From the NCBI GenBank assembly GCA_000165425.1, contig CT868452.1, forward strand, positions 310,001-374,000: a stretch of 64,000 bases of DNA. Reading direction: 5' to 3'. Numbering within the stretch: position 1 is the stretch's first letter; each line of letters starts with the position of its first letter. The stretch comes from Paramecium tetraurelia (Eukaryota). Positions 39,839 to 53,121 of the stretch are shown piece after piece. The notes below the pieces were generated by a model that saw nothing but the letters and a program-made list of their open reading frames with translations, was not told the origin of the DNA and did not search any database. The position numbers and the translations under genes are program-made.

Positions 39839-41437
39839 ATGAAGCCCTAGGCTGTTCCTTAATCAGTAGCATAAAGCGATCATGAATTGGATAAACATCA
39901 TCATGAAAGTTAAGCAGATGAGCATGGAGACGAGCATCACTTTAAAGAATATTCACCAAAGGAGCTTCACAGTATAAAAATCCAAGGTTTTGTTTGTTTA
40001 CTTGGTGGAATTGCACTTCACTTTGTGCTTGGTACATTTTATCTGTGGGGTGGAATAAGTAATATCAATATACTAATTTCAAGGTCCTTATGTTGGTGCT
40101 TATATGAAGGATAAAGATCCAAGCGTCACATAATCAACACTCTAGATTGTGTTTCCAATATTGGGAATTGCCACAAATTCTGTTCTTTCTTTTGGAGTTA
40201 AGTTAGCATAAAGAATAGGATTTAAAACTATGATAGCTGGAGCAGGATTCTTAATTTCCTTAGCATTTTTAATACTGTCCTTCATTAATAATATTTATGG
40301 ATTTATCTTCATATACTGTTTTATGATAGGTATTCCTTCTGGATTAGTGTACATGTTGCCAATCAGTAATAATTTTTTATAATTTTAGTATGTGGATGGA
40401 AATATTTCCCATTCAATAGAGGAATGGTTTCAGGATTGATTATTGCCGGTTACGGATTTGGAGCATTTACATTTAACTTTATATGCAAGGCTATTTGCAA
40501 TCCTAATAATGAAGAACCAGAAATTCCTTTTGAAGAAGATGGGAAAACAAAAAAGTATTTCTCAAAGGATGTGTTCGAAAATGTTCCTTTTATGTTCTAG
40601 ATGTTAGCTTTGTAAATAAATAATCATACTATATTAGATCATATTTCCTTCTAACCATAATTGCAACTCTATTAGTAAAATATCCTAGAGATTTGAATTT
40701 GGAATATTAATAGGTTTTAGGAGAAGGAAATAAAAAACCAAGTGGAATCAATCATGAAAAATCAGTTGACTATCATCCAACAGTTATGCATGCTGAATGT
40801 GAAACCTTAGCATAAGGTATGAAATCAAGACCATTTTGGTTTTTGATTGTAATGGTTTTGTGTTCTATCATTTTTGGTATGTTAATGGCTAATTGTTATA
40901 AAGTGTTTGGATAAACAGTATAAATCAATTCTATTTAATTAGCTTGGAATTGATGATGCATCATTAACAGTACTTGGTTCAGTCTAATCAGTCTGCAATG
41001 GAGGTTCGAGATTTGGATGGGCAGTATTGTTTGATAAAATTGGTTTCAAAAAGGTCTATTTGATAATAGCAGTTATCAACTTAATTTGTACTGCTGCTAT
41101 TGGATATATTGATGGTAGTTTTGCTGGCTATTTCATTATTTTATGTATCACAATGTGCTGTGAAGGAGGATTATTCTCTTGTTATCCTGCTGTAAGTGCA
41201 AAGATATTTGGTCATAAGGTATGATAATCAATAATATTATTTAAGGTGGGACCTATTATCTATGGTGGTTTATTCTTTGTTATTGGTCTGTCCAATATGT
41301 TGGGATATTTATTGTACAAATTTGGAGAACCAAAGATAGGTTATGGTGGAGTCTTTTGGATTGTCTTTGGATTTTGTTGTGTAGCCTTTATCTTAGGAAT
41401 ATTCTTTAAAGAAGAGCATGATTGGAAAAAAAAATGA
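39839..41437 (+). CDS. MFS transporter, oxalate:formate antiporter (OFA)-like
   Basis: GTFYLWGGISPY, GWKYFPFNRGMVSGLIIAGYGFG, CNGGSRFGWAVLFDKIGFKK, CEGGLFSCYPAVSAKIFG; His-rich N-terminus. Confidence 0.88.
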
Positions 41438-41639
41438 ACATATTATCCACATTTATGTATTTTCATATCATCATTTTTAAATTCTTTGATTAAGAACCAT
41501 ATTTAGTTTATAGAAAAGAGGAGAGATATCATCCATGTTTCCCCTTATAATCTTTAAGTATTCAAACTAAACTCATTTTTAAGGTCAATTTACGTTGTTT
41601 TTTATAATTCTTTAACTTTCGATTAATTACTTAATTTAA

Positions 41640-42402
<763 letters not shown>

Positions 42403-43157
42403 TTTCCTTATATTATTATAATATATAATTATCTATTCATAACTTTCTTTAGTAATTATCACTAAACTTCAATATTTATTCATTTTGTAAATATTCACTA
42501 TAGATTGATATTATTAATTTGAATTCAATCTAATTCACACTAAATTTGATATTAATAACAGTATCAAAGATTTAAAATCTAAATCAATTAAGAATTGAAT
42601 ATATTATTATTCTCTCATGATATAGAAATACTTATATATAAACTTTATGCTTCATCTTTTCAATGCATAATTTCGGATTTACAACTCTAATCTAATTGTT
42701 CAGTTAATATCTTTTATTTTTAATTCAATTTAAGTTATGTAAAATACAATTCTTTTATATTTTTATCTTTTGTTTTAGGATACATTATCTATTTCAATTC
42801 ATCATGCTACTCAATCATAATAAAAAAGGGGAATTAAAGCTAGTAAATACATAATTGATTTATCTTCAGTCCTTTATTTTGATCAATTTTTATATATTTA
42901 TATTTAGTTTTAACTTTTAGAATAATATAGATTAAATGTTATCCTATATTCCTATTCTTATTTCTCCATTCAGTATTAAACTAATATTTAGGAAGTACTA
43001 TTTCTTTTAAATTTAAATTTATTATTATAAATGTAGTATACAATTACAAATAGAAACGAAAATTTCAAAGTAAATTATATTAGCGAGTCTAAAAATTAAG
43101 AATTATTTTAACCTTGTTTTTATTATCTATATAAAACTATTAATAAAATAAATTATT

Positions 43158-43609
43158 ATGAAAAACAACTTAAAAAAACAATAGGCAACTTTGCTCCCCC
43201 CAATTGATAGAAGATAAACTCAACCTATTTAGTTCGATTAAATTAATTAATTGATCAATCAATCGCTATTCATTCCGAAATAAAATCGAGCTTAATCCCT
43301 ATATTCTTTAGAATCATAGGCTCAGGATTCAGGTAAACAATACACTAAGATATCTCCCAGGAAAAATATTAAGGATTATAATAAATGGTATGTTCCTCCC
43401 AAAAAAAGGTTCCTTGATTTACGAAAAGAATCTCAAGAATTTTAATAAGAATAATATATTATAAATACGTATGCTCAATAATAAATGAAATACAATTAAA
43501 TATTGAAAGAGTCTAAACAATTGGCGTAATTTGTTGAAGAAGTATTAATGATATAGATATACTATAGTTTTATAAAAAACATAAACGTAGCCCTTCTTTC
43601 ATCCATTGA
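43158..43609 (+). CDS. Hypothetical protein
   Basis: MKNNLKKQQATLLPPIDRR...YNKWYVPPKKRF...; one intron; ends PSFIH*. Confidence 0.55.
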
Positions 43610-44061
43610 TTTAATATTAATATTAATAAATTTTAAGTTCCTATTTATCCTCTTTGCAACTAGAAATTCATAGATTTCAAAATATCCAGAATAATTTATA
43701 TTATTGGAGATTCAACTATTACTAATTACTCAAAAATAAAAGCAAACAACTTTATTTGTTAATACTAAAGTTTTTAAATTGTGTGATTTGAAAGAAAACA
43801 AAAGATAAACTAATTTAGTAAGAAACTTTGCTGATGATATTCAATCAAAATTATATGTGCCGCATAATCAACAATTTCTAATATTTTGCTAAAGTTGTTA
43901 TATTATCACTTAGTTTTGTTTGGTAATGCTTCCAATAGGACCATAAGAGACATTGTCAATTAATTACCTAGCGACAGATTAGTACATCAAATTTTGGAAA
44001 ATTATTTATTCATAAAATAAAATACATTTATTGTTATAATTAATTGCATATATATAATTAA

Positions 44062-44334
44062 ATGAGGAATGGGTTATAGAAATAAGAAACTGATAGGAGG
44101 TATGATACCTCAAAAATCATATTTCCTTTTGATAATATTATGATAAAGAAATTGAGAACTTAATAATTTATTATAAAGGAGGAAAAAATAGAGTGCAGCA
44201 TTTGCCTAAAATTAGTTATTGAAAATGAGATTGCAAGTTAAATTCGAGAATGCAAACATACTTTTCATTAACTTTGTTTATAAAAGTGGTATAATATTAA
44301 TAATAAATGTCCATTGTGTAGGTAGTAAATTTGA
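44062..44334 (+). CDS. RING-H2 zinc finger protein (5' end uncertain)
   Basis: CSICLK...ECKHTFHQLCLQKWYNINNKCPLCR*. Confidence 0.75.
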
Positions 44335-44499
44335 AATTTATATATTATATGTATTTATAATCAAAATTATCCGGATAATAAGTCGATAAATGTATTAATA
44401 TTAATAATTTAATTATAAAATAGTTTTTTTAATTTTGTAATATCAATTTGCATATTTAAATTTCCTTATTATAAAACATGTTCTATACATTTATATTCT

Positions 44500-45335
44500 A
44501 AATCTTAAATAGTTTTATTTAATAATTGCATATCTCTATTTAATTTTTACCTACCATTGTATTTGTAAGGTTAAATTTAAGCCATTAAATGTATGATATT
44601 AAGCAAATCTCCTCCACTAATATTTTCAAAAATCTATGATATTTTATCAACTAATTCAATAATTGATAAATCTTTCCAAACTATCACTTATTTAAAGAGT
44701 TTATATTATTTATAAGTTATTACTTCATAAATATTAGTGCAATCTATTTAGAAGATCATCAATAAAATTATCAATAATTGCTAATGAATTAAGGTCAAAA
44801 ATTTATGCTCTATAAGAAATTCAGATAAAGGTATTCCATAAATATTCTAATATTATTTTTAGGTCTTAATAAAATTCAGATGAAGCATCTAATATCTTTA
44901 TTTTTGGCTATCGTTTTATTACTCAACAACTCTTGAAATATTAGTGTTCCTCTTATTTTTGATCATTGCATTCAATTAAAAGAACTTATTATTTGTTGTA
45001 GTGTTGCATCTTTTTTCTAACTGTTCTTTTTTGAAAGATGATTATTTTTCAATATTGGATTTTGTTGAGTAGTCTCGTTTTAATAATTCTACAATTTATT
45101 TATTGTTTTCAATATCTTGGGTTCCTTCTAACTAACTCAAATTAAATTTTCTTCTATTTCTCTGTTGGGACTGTGGTTTTTAATATCCGTAGACTCTAAG
45201 CAAGCTTCGGTTAAAGACTAACTACTCTATAGGTTAAGGGTTGTATGTAGAGGAGCTTTTAGTAGGTCTATTACAATAAGAAATTGGATTATTTAAGATT
45301 TCTATAATTTTCTTCTTCTCTTATAGTTTAAGCAT
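44500..45335 (-). CDS. Hypothetical protein (boundaries approximate)
   Basis: Coding-like minus-strand K/E/Q-rich stretch. Confidence 0.3.
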
Positions 45336-45389
45336 TAATATTAATATTAAAATAGTTTGAATTTATAAATGACTGAAATATTATAAATT

Positions 45390-46344
45390 TCAATACTCCC
45401 CAATCAAATCTCTATAGTTGATTTTTTAATTAATTCTTCTTCTTAAATTTCTATTAGCGAATGAAGTCTCTTAGCTCTAATTGTGAATAAATATATTTTA
45501 CTTCTTATTGGGTTTATTGCTGTTGAGTTTGAGTAGGTTATTAAGTTGGGATGTTTTATTAGATTTTTGGTGGAGATGATTATTAAATTTTTGGTTTTTT
45601 TTTTGTTGAATTTCTCAATTAATCTAAATCTTGCTTGATTTCATCATCCATTAAATTGAATCGATATGCTATAATTTAGATTCTCTTGAATACTGTATTA
45701 AATTTTATTATCCTTGGTTGCAACAAAAGTAATGTTTTTTTCCCTGTTTCTACAATCCTCTTATTCTATCATTGGACGTTATTTCACAACAGGAGGTTCT
45801 TCAACTTTTTTAATTATTTTAGGTTTCTTGATATTTTTGGAACAACCCAAACAGTGATATTGACTAGTTTCAAATTCTATTTGAATATTTTAATTCCTAT
45901 TTTTTTATTCACATGCAATATGATTCTAATTTATAAACCAATCAAGTTACCCACTTTTGACAAGTATCACATTGGATCCAGCCTGCCTCATCATCATAGG
46001 ACCCATACACCTTTGAAAAGTTAGATGAAAATTGGTACTTATTCACAGAAATCACAAAAGTTTCCTTTATTATATAATTTCGAGCATTTGTCACAAAAGA
46101 ATAAGATATCATTCTTTTTTGACTTGATCTTTTTGTCACCCACATTCTTGCATAGTGGATTGTGACATTTTTTCTACTCTTATTATGGTTCATCGTCATC
46201 AACTGTAATTGGATTATCAACGTTGTTTTTTTACTTTTAGTTGAAATTCATTTGTTGCACAGAAAATGGGTTCAGGAAGTTGGCTTATTACAAAAATTGC
46301 GTTGAATTGGAAAAGTATTGATCCAGTTCCATCGGTTTATTCAT
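45390..46344 (-). CDS. PHD-like zinc finger protein
   Basis: CHNPLC...FCDKCSKLYNKGNFCDFCEQVY...WIQCDTCQKWNHIACE...YHCLGC; short introns. Confidence 0.8.
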
Positions 46345-48089
46345 CGCCAGGACATCTACATAATTATGGCAAATAATTCATATATATGGTATATAAATGA
46401 GAGACAGGGATATAAATATTAGCTTACTTAGCATATTGGGGATTGGAAAGAGATCCTTGGATGAATTGTTTAAGTTCAAACTTTAGGGTAGATTTTGCAG
46501 TAACTATGCTTAACATAGCTATTATAATTTGGAATTCAATAATGCTTTATACAATGGATGTTGCTGTTAACTAATATAATCATAAGCCTATCAAATAAAT
46601 ATACGGATATCAATAATTATTAGTAGGTTATAAATAAGATCATTGTCATACCTCAAAAACATTTAGCAAAGATCCAAATCTTGTGCAATACTCATAAGCG
46701 GTATTTAAGAATTATTATTCATTCCTTAACTCATTTTTTATATTGTTTAAATTATAAAATAAACCTGAATTTATAGAATTAAGTCCTTTGAAATATAGCA
46801 TAACCACATAATATCAAAGAGTTTTAAATTAAAATTGTTACATATATCTAAATTCAATTTAATGAAATAATTAATAACTCCATACACCCATAATCTCCCT
46901 CTAAACTTTTGATTTCTTGAATCCCTTCCTTATTCTGGTTTGGTTCTTCAGCTATTTCTCTATTCTCTTAGACACCCTTACAGCCCTTCTTAAGTTCATT
47001 AAAGATCATATCAAAAGCATTGAAAAACTTGTTATTTATGCTTCATATAGCGAAATTTTAATCCTCTCTTAAAATGCTCGGCCATAAATTTATTGATTTA
47101 AAAAATCTAATAGCAGAATTTTATGATATATGATCATAATCCAAAATTGATTGTTATCACTCATAAAGGATTTCAGATCCATTATCTTTACTTAAATTAA
47201 CCTTCTATATTGAATATCTTATATTTTTAATTTTACATAACAATTATTAATTATAATGGATATTATTGAGCTAGTTTTGACTTCTAATTGATTTAATTCA
47301 ATACATCTAGAGTTCTCAAAGAGATAGAGGATCAACACATTTTTAATGATAATAATTTATTATTGAGTTGCCTATTGTATGCTTTACTTTATATCAAGAA
47401 AATCAAAAAACTTATTAAATTAAGCATTCAATTAAGTTAAATCAAATTAATTTTTTTAATAATAGTAATGATAATAATTGTTATGATCAATATATTAATT
47501 ATTTCATATTTTGAAATAAAACTCTTCTTAGAATAACAAATGAAGTATTAATAATATCTTTATGTTATTTTTGTATTATTTATAATAATTATTATTAATA
47601 AAAATTATGTTGATCACTTAAATTTTCTAAAAGAGGTTTTAATCACCATCTAAAGTGTATGATTTCAAAATAAAGAACAATCCAGCTTAAAGTAGAATTA
47701 ATAGTTCTTCAATAAAGCACAAATGCTAATTCTGGCTGAAATTAAATAGGGTTTTTGATAGTTTGTAAGCGATTTAATCATTTTTTTGAATTATTAACTA
47801 CGCTCATTGAAGATGATCATATTCTTGATAAGGTTCTGCTTATAGCTAATTGAGAATTAGATTTTCGAATCAATTTTAAAAAGACTCAAAAATTGTTGAT
47901 ATTTCAATCAGTTTGAAGAGAATATTTAAAGAGGTCTTTTTGGAATATTGATTATATTTTCTATAAAAGGTTTAAGAATATCATCCAATAAGTAAATCTC
48001 AATTTTATTTTGATAATTATGACGAAAATCAAATGTCTAATAATGGTGAAAAATGGAATATATTACATTTTTTTAATAAATAATAAAAG

Positions 48090-48623
48090 TCAACATGGGG
48101 TATCAAAGAAATCTTAAACTGTGATTTATCTCTTGAATTTCCTCTCTCTTTATGAAAACCAATCTTTTCCATAAATGTTTTCTACATAATCAGTGAAGGT
48201 CACTAATTGATATGGATTTTATTTTTAAGCTTATTAGCTTATTCTTGGGATTTCCGCTCCAGTAAAAAATTCATCTATATCATTCTTGTCATCTAAATCA
48301 ATTTTTGTATGGACTTCCCTCTTTCTAAAGCGAAAAGGCCGAACTTCTTTTACTTCCTTCTATTAAAAATCGCTTTCTGTCTTTAAATGTCGAAAGTTCT
48401 CTTCACTTTCAATTTTTTGGCTAAAAAAGAAGCGCGATTTCTTTGAAGACTTTTAATCAAGCAAGCTGTCAAGACTATCTAGATTACCCTAAGGGGAGTA
48501 ATAGTCTGTGGTTATGGTATAATTGGATCTCCGAAGAGTTTTGGCAGATTAATTTTCTGGCTCTAAGTCAAGCTGTAAGACATTACTAGAGTATTAAGAG
48601 AAGGTTGTTTTTCGAAAAGACAT
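48090..48623 (-). CDS. Hypothetical protein
   Basis: Uninterrupted ciliate-code ORF MSFRKTTFSQYSSNVLQLD...QDFFDTPC*. Confidence 0.55.
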
Positions 48624-49463
48624 CAATTACTATAAACTTTTTCAATATTAATTAATTTATTCTTTATAGGAGTTTTAGCATATATTGTTAAAGCAGTTTA
48701 TTAAATACAGAGTCCATTATTTATTCTGTACTGGCCACTATTTTCAATTAAAAAATGAATTGATGTAAGTTCTAATGAGAAATTAAAATAATTTTTGAAA
48801 TACTAATTACTGTTTCAAATAGATTTTATCAATTTTCTTTGAAATCAGAGCTCTCAAATCAGGTAAGTTCTTAAAACCAAACTCAAATTAGGTTCTCGAA
48901 TAACAATATTGAAGAATGTATCTAAACCAACTAACACTAAGGAACTACAATTAATTAATATCTAAATTCAATTTCATTATATTAATTACATATAATTTAA
49001 ATTAAAAGTATTGAAATCTATATAGAAATTTCAGTATCTTTATGTTTTGACAATATGGCAATATTAAATGACGAATGTCATTTGAGAGTAAAATTAAATG
49101 ATACTCAACAATTGTCAACGCACAACTGATCTGAAAGCATTGATATTATCTTCAAAAAATAATATCATAAACAATAGTATTTTGAATTATGAGAACTTTA
49201 CTTGGTGCTATGTTTTCATTACAAATTAAATATTATTATTATGTTTGTTTAATTTCAAGAGTTAAATATACACATACTCTGACATTTTGTTATATACTAT
49301 TAAATTATCAAAAATTTTCTGAATCTATATTCTATATAATGATCATGTAATCACAATTTATGTAAAAATGCAATTATGTGTTGTATTTTATAACTTAATG
49401 AAAGAATTTACAAGTGTATGAATAAAATGATTCGAGGAAAACTTTAAATAAATATAATTAATT

Positions 49464-52392
49464 ATGCAACAAGGATAGAGATTGAAAGAAGCTACTGAAG
49501 GATAGATAGTTTAAGCTGGAAATAAGATCGGAGGACCCTTTAAAATTGGAAAGCCTGTTTATTAAGAAAAGAGATTGAAGTTGTTTAATGAAATATATCA
49601 ACGCCAAAAAGCAGAACTAGAGGCTAAAGAGAAGACCCCAATTACCATAACCCTAAAGGACGGAAAGAAAATAGAAGGTTTATTGTATAGTTTGAGATCT
49701 TAGGTAAAAAGTGGGTTACTACTCCATTGATGATTGCTGTTGGAATTAGTAAGAAGTTGGCTGAAAGCATGGTGGCTGCTAAAGTAGTATACGATACCTT
49801 ATTTGAGAAAAGTATAATTATATTAATAACACCTTTAGATTTTGTGGATGTAGATCATGAGGAATAACAATCACAAGGATCCTAATTGAATTTGAAACCT
49901 GATTACGTGATTTGGGATTTGACTAGACCATTGGAAGGAGATTGCCAATTGGAACTATTGAGTTTCGATGATAATAATGGTAAGGAAGTATTTTGGCATT
50001 CATCTTCCCACATTTTGGGTTCAGCATTGGAAGAAGTATATGGATGTCATTTGTGTATTGGTCCTGCAATTGATGGTGGATTCTTTTATGATTGCTACAT
50101 CGGAGATTACAAGGTCACTCAGAATGATTATGTAAAAATAGAGAAAGCTGCTTCGGATTTAGCAGCATCCAAATAAGAATTTTAAAGAGCAGTCTTAACC
50201 AAAGATGAATGGTATCAATGATCGCCATTATCTTTTAGTTTAGAATTATTTGGTACTAATCCATTTAAGAGACAGTTGATAACCAATAAGATCCCAGAAG
50301 GAGCGATGACTACTGCTTACAAATGTGGTAATTTAATCGATTTATGCACTGGTCCACATTTGCCCAATACTAGCTATGTTAAGGCATTTTAAGTGACCAA
50401 GAACTCAGCTGCTTATTGGTTGGGTAAGAACACCAATGATGATTTGTAAAGAGTTTATGGTGTTTCATTCCCAAGTAAGAAATTGTTGGATGAATATGTC
50501 AAAATATAAAAGGAATTAGCCTTAAGAGATCACAGAAATGTAGGTAAGAAACAGAATTTGTATCTGTTCCATCAATTGTCTCCTGGATCAGCTTTCTTCT
50601 ATCCAAGTGGTGCTCATATTTACAACACTCTAATGAACTTTTTAAGAAGACAATACTATATCAGAGGCTATTAAGAAGTTATTTCACCAAACATCTTCAA
50701 TGCTTAACTCTGGAAGATAAGTGGACATTATGATAAGTATAAGGAAAACTTGTTCTTCATTAACATGGGTGAAGAGGGAGAATATGGTTTGAAACCCATG
50801 AATTGTCCAGGACATTGTCTTATGTTTGATATGATCCAACACAGTTACAGAGATTTACCAGTTAGATTTGCTGATTTTGGTGTCTTACACAGAAATGAAG
50901 TACATGGTGCTTTGAGTGGATTGACCAGAGTTCGTCGTTTCTAATAGGATGATGCACATATCTTCTGTAGAATGGATCAAATCTAAGAAGAAATCAAGAG
51001 TTGTCTTGACTTTTTAAGTTACATCTATTCACTCTTTGGATTCGAATTCAAATTGTATTTGAGTACTCGTCCTGAAAAATTCTTGGGAACCAAAGAAGTC
51101 TGGGATAATGCTGAATATCAACTAGAATAAGGATTAAAGAAATTTGGAAAACCCTTTGAAGTCAATCCTGGAGATGGTGCTTTCTATGGACCAAAAATTG
51201 ATGTCAAATTATATGATGCCTACAAGAGAGAACACTAATGTGGTACCATTCAATTAGATTTCAATTTGCCTGAAAGATTTAACTTGTAATACAGAGCCAG
51301 CGAAGATGTTTAAGAAGTCTAATAGGATAAGGAATAACTTCACAATGAATAAGTTTAGGCTGCCTAAGAAATCATTGATGTGGTTAGGAAAGCTTCTCAT
51401 CATTCAGACACTGATAATATTACTACTGCCCCTTAAAATTCTTAATAATAACCTGCTGAAGATCCTGTTTAAGAAAAAGCTCCACAAGAATAGAATGTTA
51501 AGAAACAAAAGAAATAAAAGTAATAAAAAGAACCATAATAATAATAATAAGATTAACATAAAAAATAAAAATTACCTGAAGATATTATTGAATCTGGTTC
51601 AAGTCAAGGATTATCTCAACATGAATTACACAAAGTCTTACATGGTATTACTTCATATATTACATTTTCTAGAAAAGAAATATGAATTGGGTTATCATCA
51701 TTTAAAAGCAGGTTTTGCAAGACCAGTCATTGTTCACAGAGCTATTTTAGGATCATTGGAAAGAATGATCGCTGTGTTGACTGAATAATGTGGAGGAAAG
51801 TGGCCATTTTGGTTATCTCCTAAATAATTAGTCTTATGTCCAGTTTCTGCTTATTATAAGGATGTTGCTGAAAAGATTGCTGCCAGATTGAGACTTGAAG
51901 GATACACTGTTACTACTGATGAAGCTGATTAAACTCTTGCTAAGAAAGTGCGTAATGCTCAAATCTAATACTTTAACTTTGTTGGAGTTATTGGTGAAGA
52001 GGAAGTAAAAGCTGGTGTTATTGATGTCAGAGATTGTGAAAAAAATACTAGAATTGTAATTTTAATATTTTATATCATCCTAGGGTAAATTAACTATTCC
52101 TTAATTGTGTAAATTCTTTGAATCCCTAAAACCTCCTAAATCAAATGTAGAAGTTCAAATTCATGAGCACGATGATTCACATTTGAAATTGAATGATGAA
52201 TTACAAGAAAAGATGTTCTTGGAAGGCGATGGCTATTCTGTTGGGAAGAGAGATTTCGATGAATTTGCTAAAATTAAAGATATTGATCCTGTTCTATAAA
52301 ATTTGATCAGATGGCACAAATATATGACTCATTTAACTAAAAAAGATGAGGCACCAGAAAAAGTCGAATAAGTTGAATAAAAGCAAGAATGA
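49464..52392 (+). CDS. TARS: Threonyl-tRNA synthetase (cytosolic type)
   Basis: [104 protein letters not shown]. Confidence 0.97.
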
Positions 52393-53121
52393 AATAAAAT
52401 AATTATTATCAATATAATATTTGAATTATTTCACTTTTAATTCCAATAAACTTTGAGTTAAAGGAAATTTGTATAAAAATACTTCAAATTTCTAATTTAT
52501 TTATATAAATAATCAATTAATAGTTAAATTAAGAGAACTAATTCAATTTTATTCAAATACATTTGAGAAACCAAATATTCTCTTTTGATATATCAGAATT
52601 TAAGGAAGGGAGTTAAAATTTGGAATATATATAGAAGTATAATTATATAAAAATGAATATTATATCAGCCATGTTTTATGAGTATAAATATACCTTTATA
52701 AATCATAATTAATCTAGTTAAATAACATATTCATCATCTTTAAGGATAAATACTCAAAACTAGTTTAATGCTAAATAAGCAAATTGCTAATAAAGATGAA
52801 TAAAAATCGTGCTCATGAATTGTAGATTGTGAAATTTCAATTGTAAATATATTCAGCATATAATACTGAGCCAGTTATTTTTCAAATGGCCAAAATTTGA
52901 TTCAAATACTTTGCAGAGTTTTGAATATGAATGGAAATTAAAAATTTAATGATAAAAATAAAATTATGTTTCTTTGAATTATTATAATATTAATAAAATG
53001 ATTGCTCGTTTTTGTGAGATATTAATTATTATTGAATTTTTTTTATTTATGCGCATTTAATATAAAACCACGATTTAATTATGGGGAAATTTAAATCTTT
53101 TTTTTAAAAAGTTAAAAACAC

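Noticed and set aside
44366..44379. 14-bp palindrome ATTATCCGGATAAT between convergent genes
   Set aside because: Single occurrence with no supporting context
49068..49134. Possible C/D-box snoRNA (ATGACGA ... CTGA)
   Set aside because: Imperfect C box, no terminal stem, and no rRNA complement I can recognise
51306..51788. 160-aa Asn/Lys-rich ORF (also at 60655-61137)
   Set aside because: Alternative frame of the ThrRS insertion that runs through an intron into the true frame
52811..52871. GCTCA...TGAGC inverted termini in the ThrRS-eEF2 spacer as an ncRNA
   Set aside because: Only a 5-bp stem and no canonical box C; expected by chance
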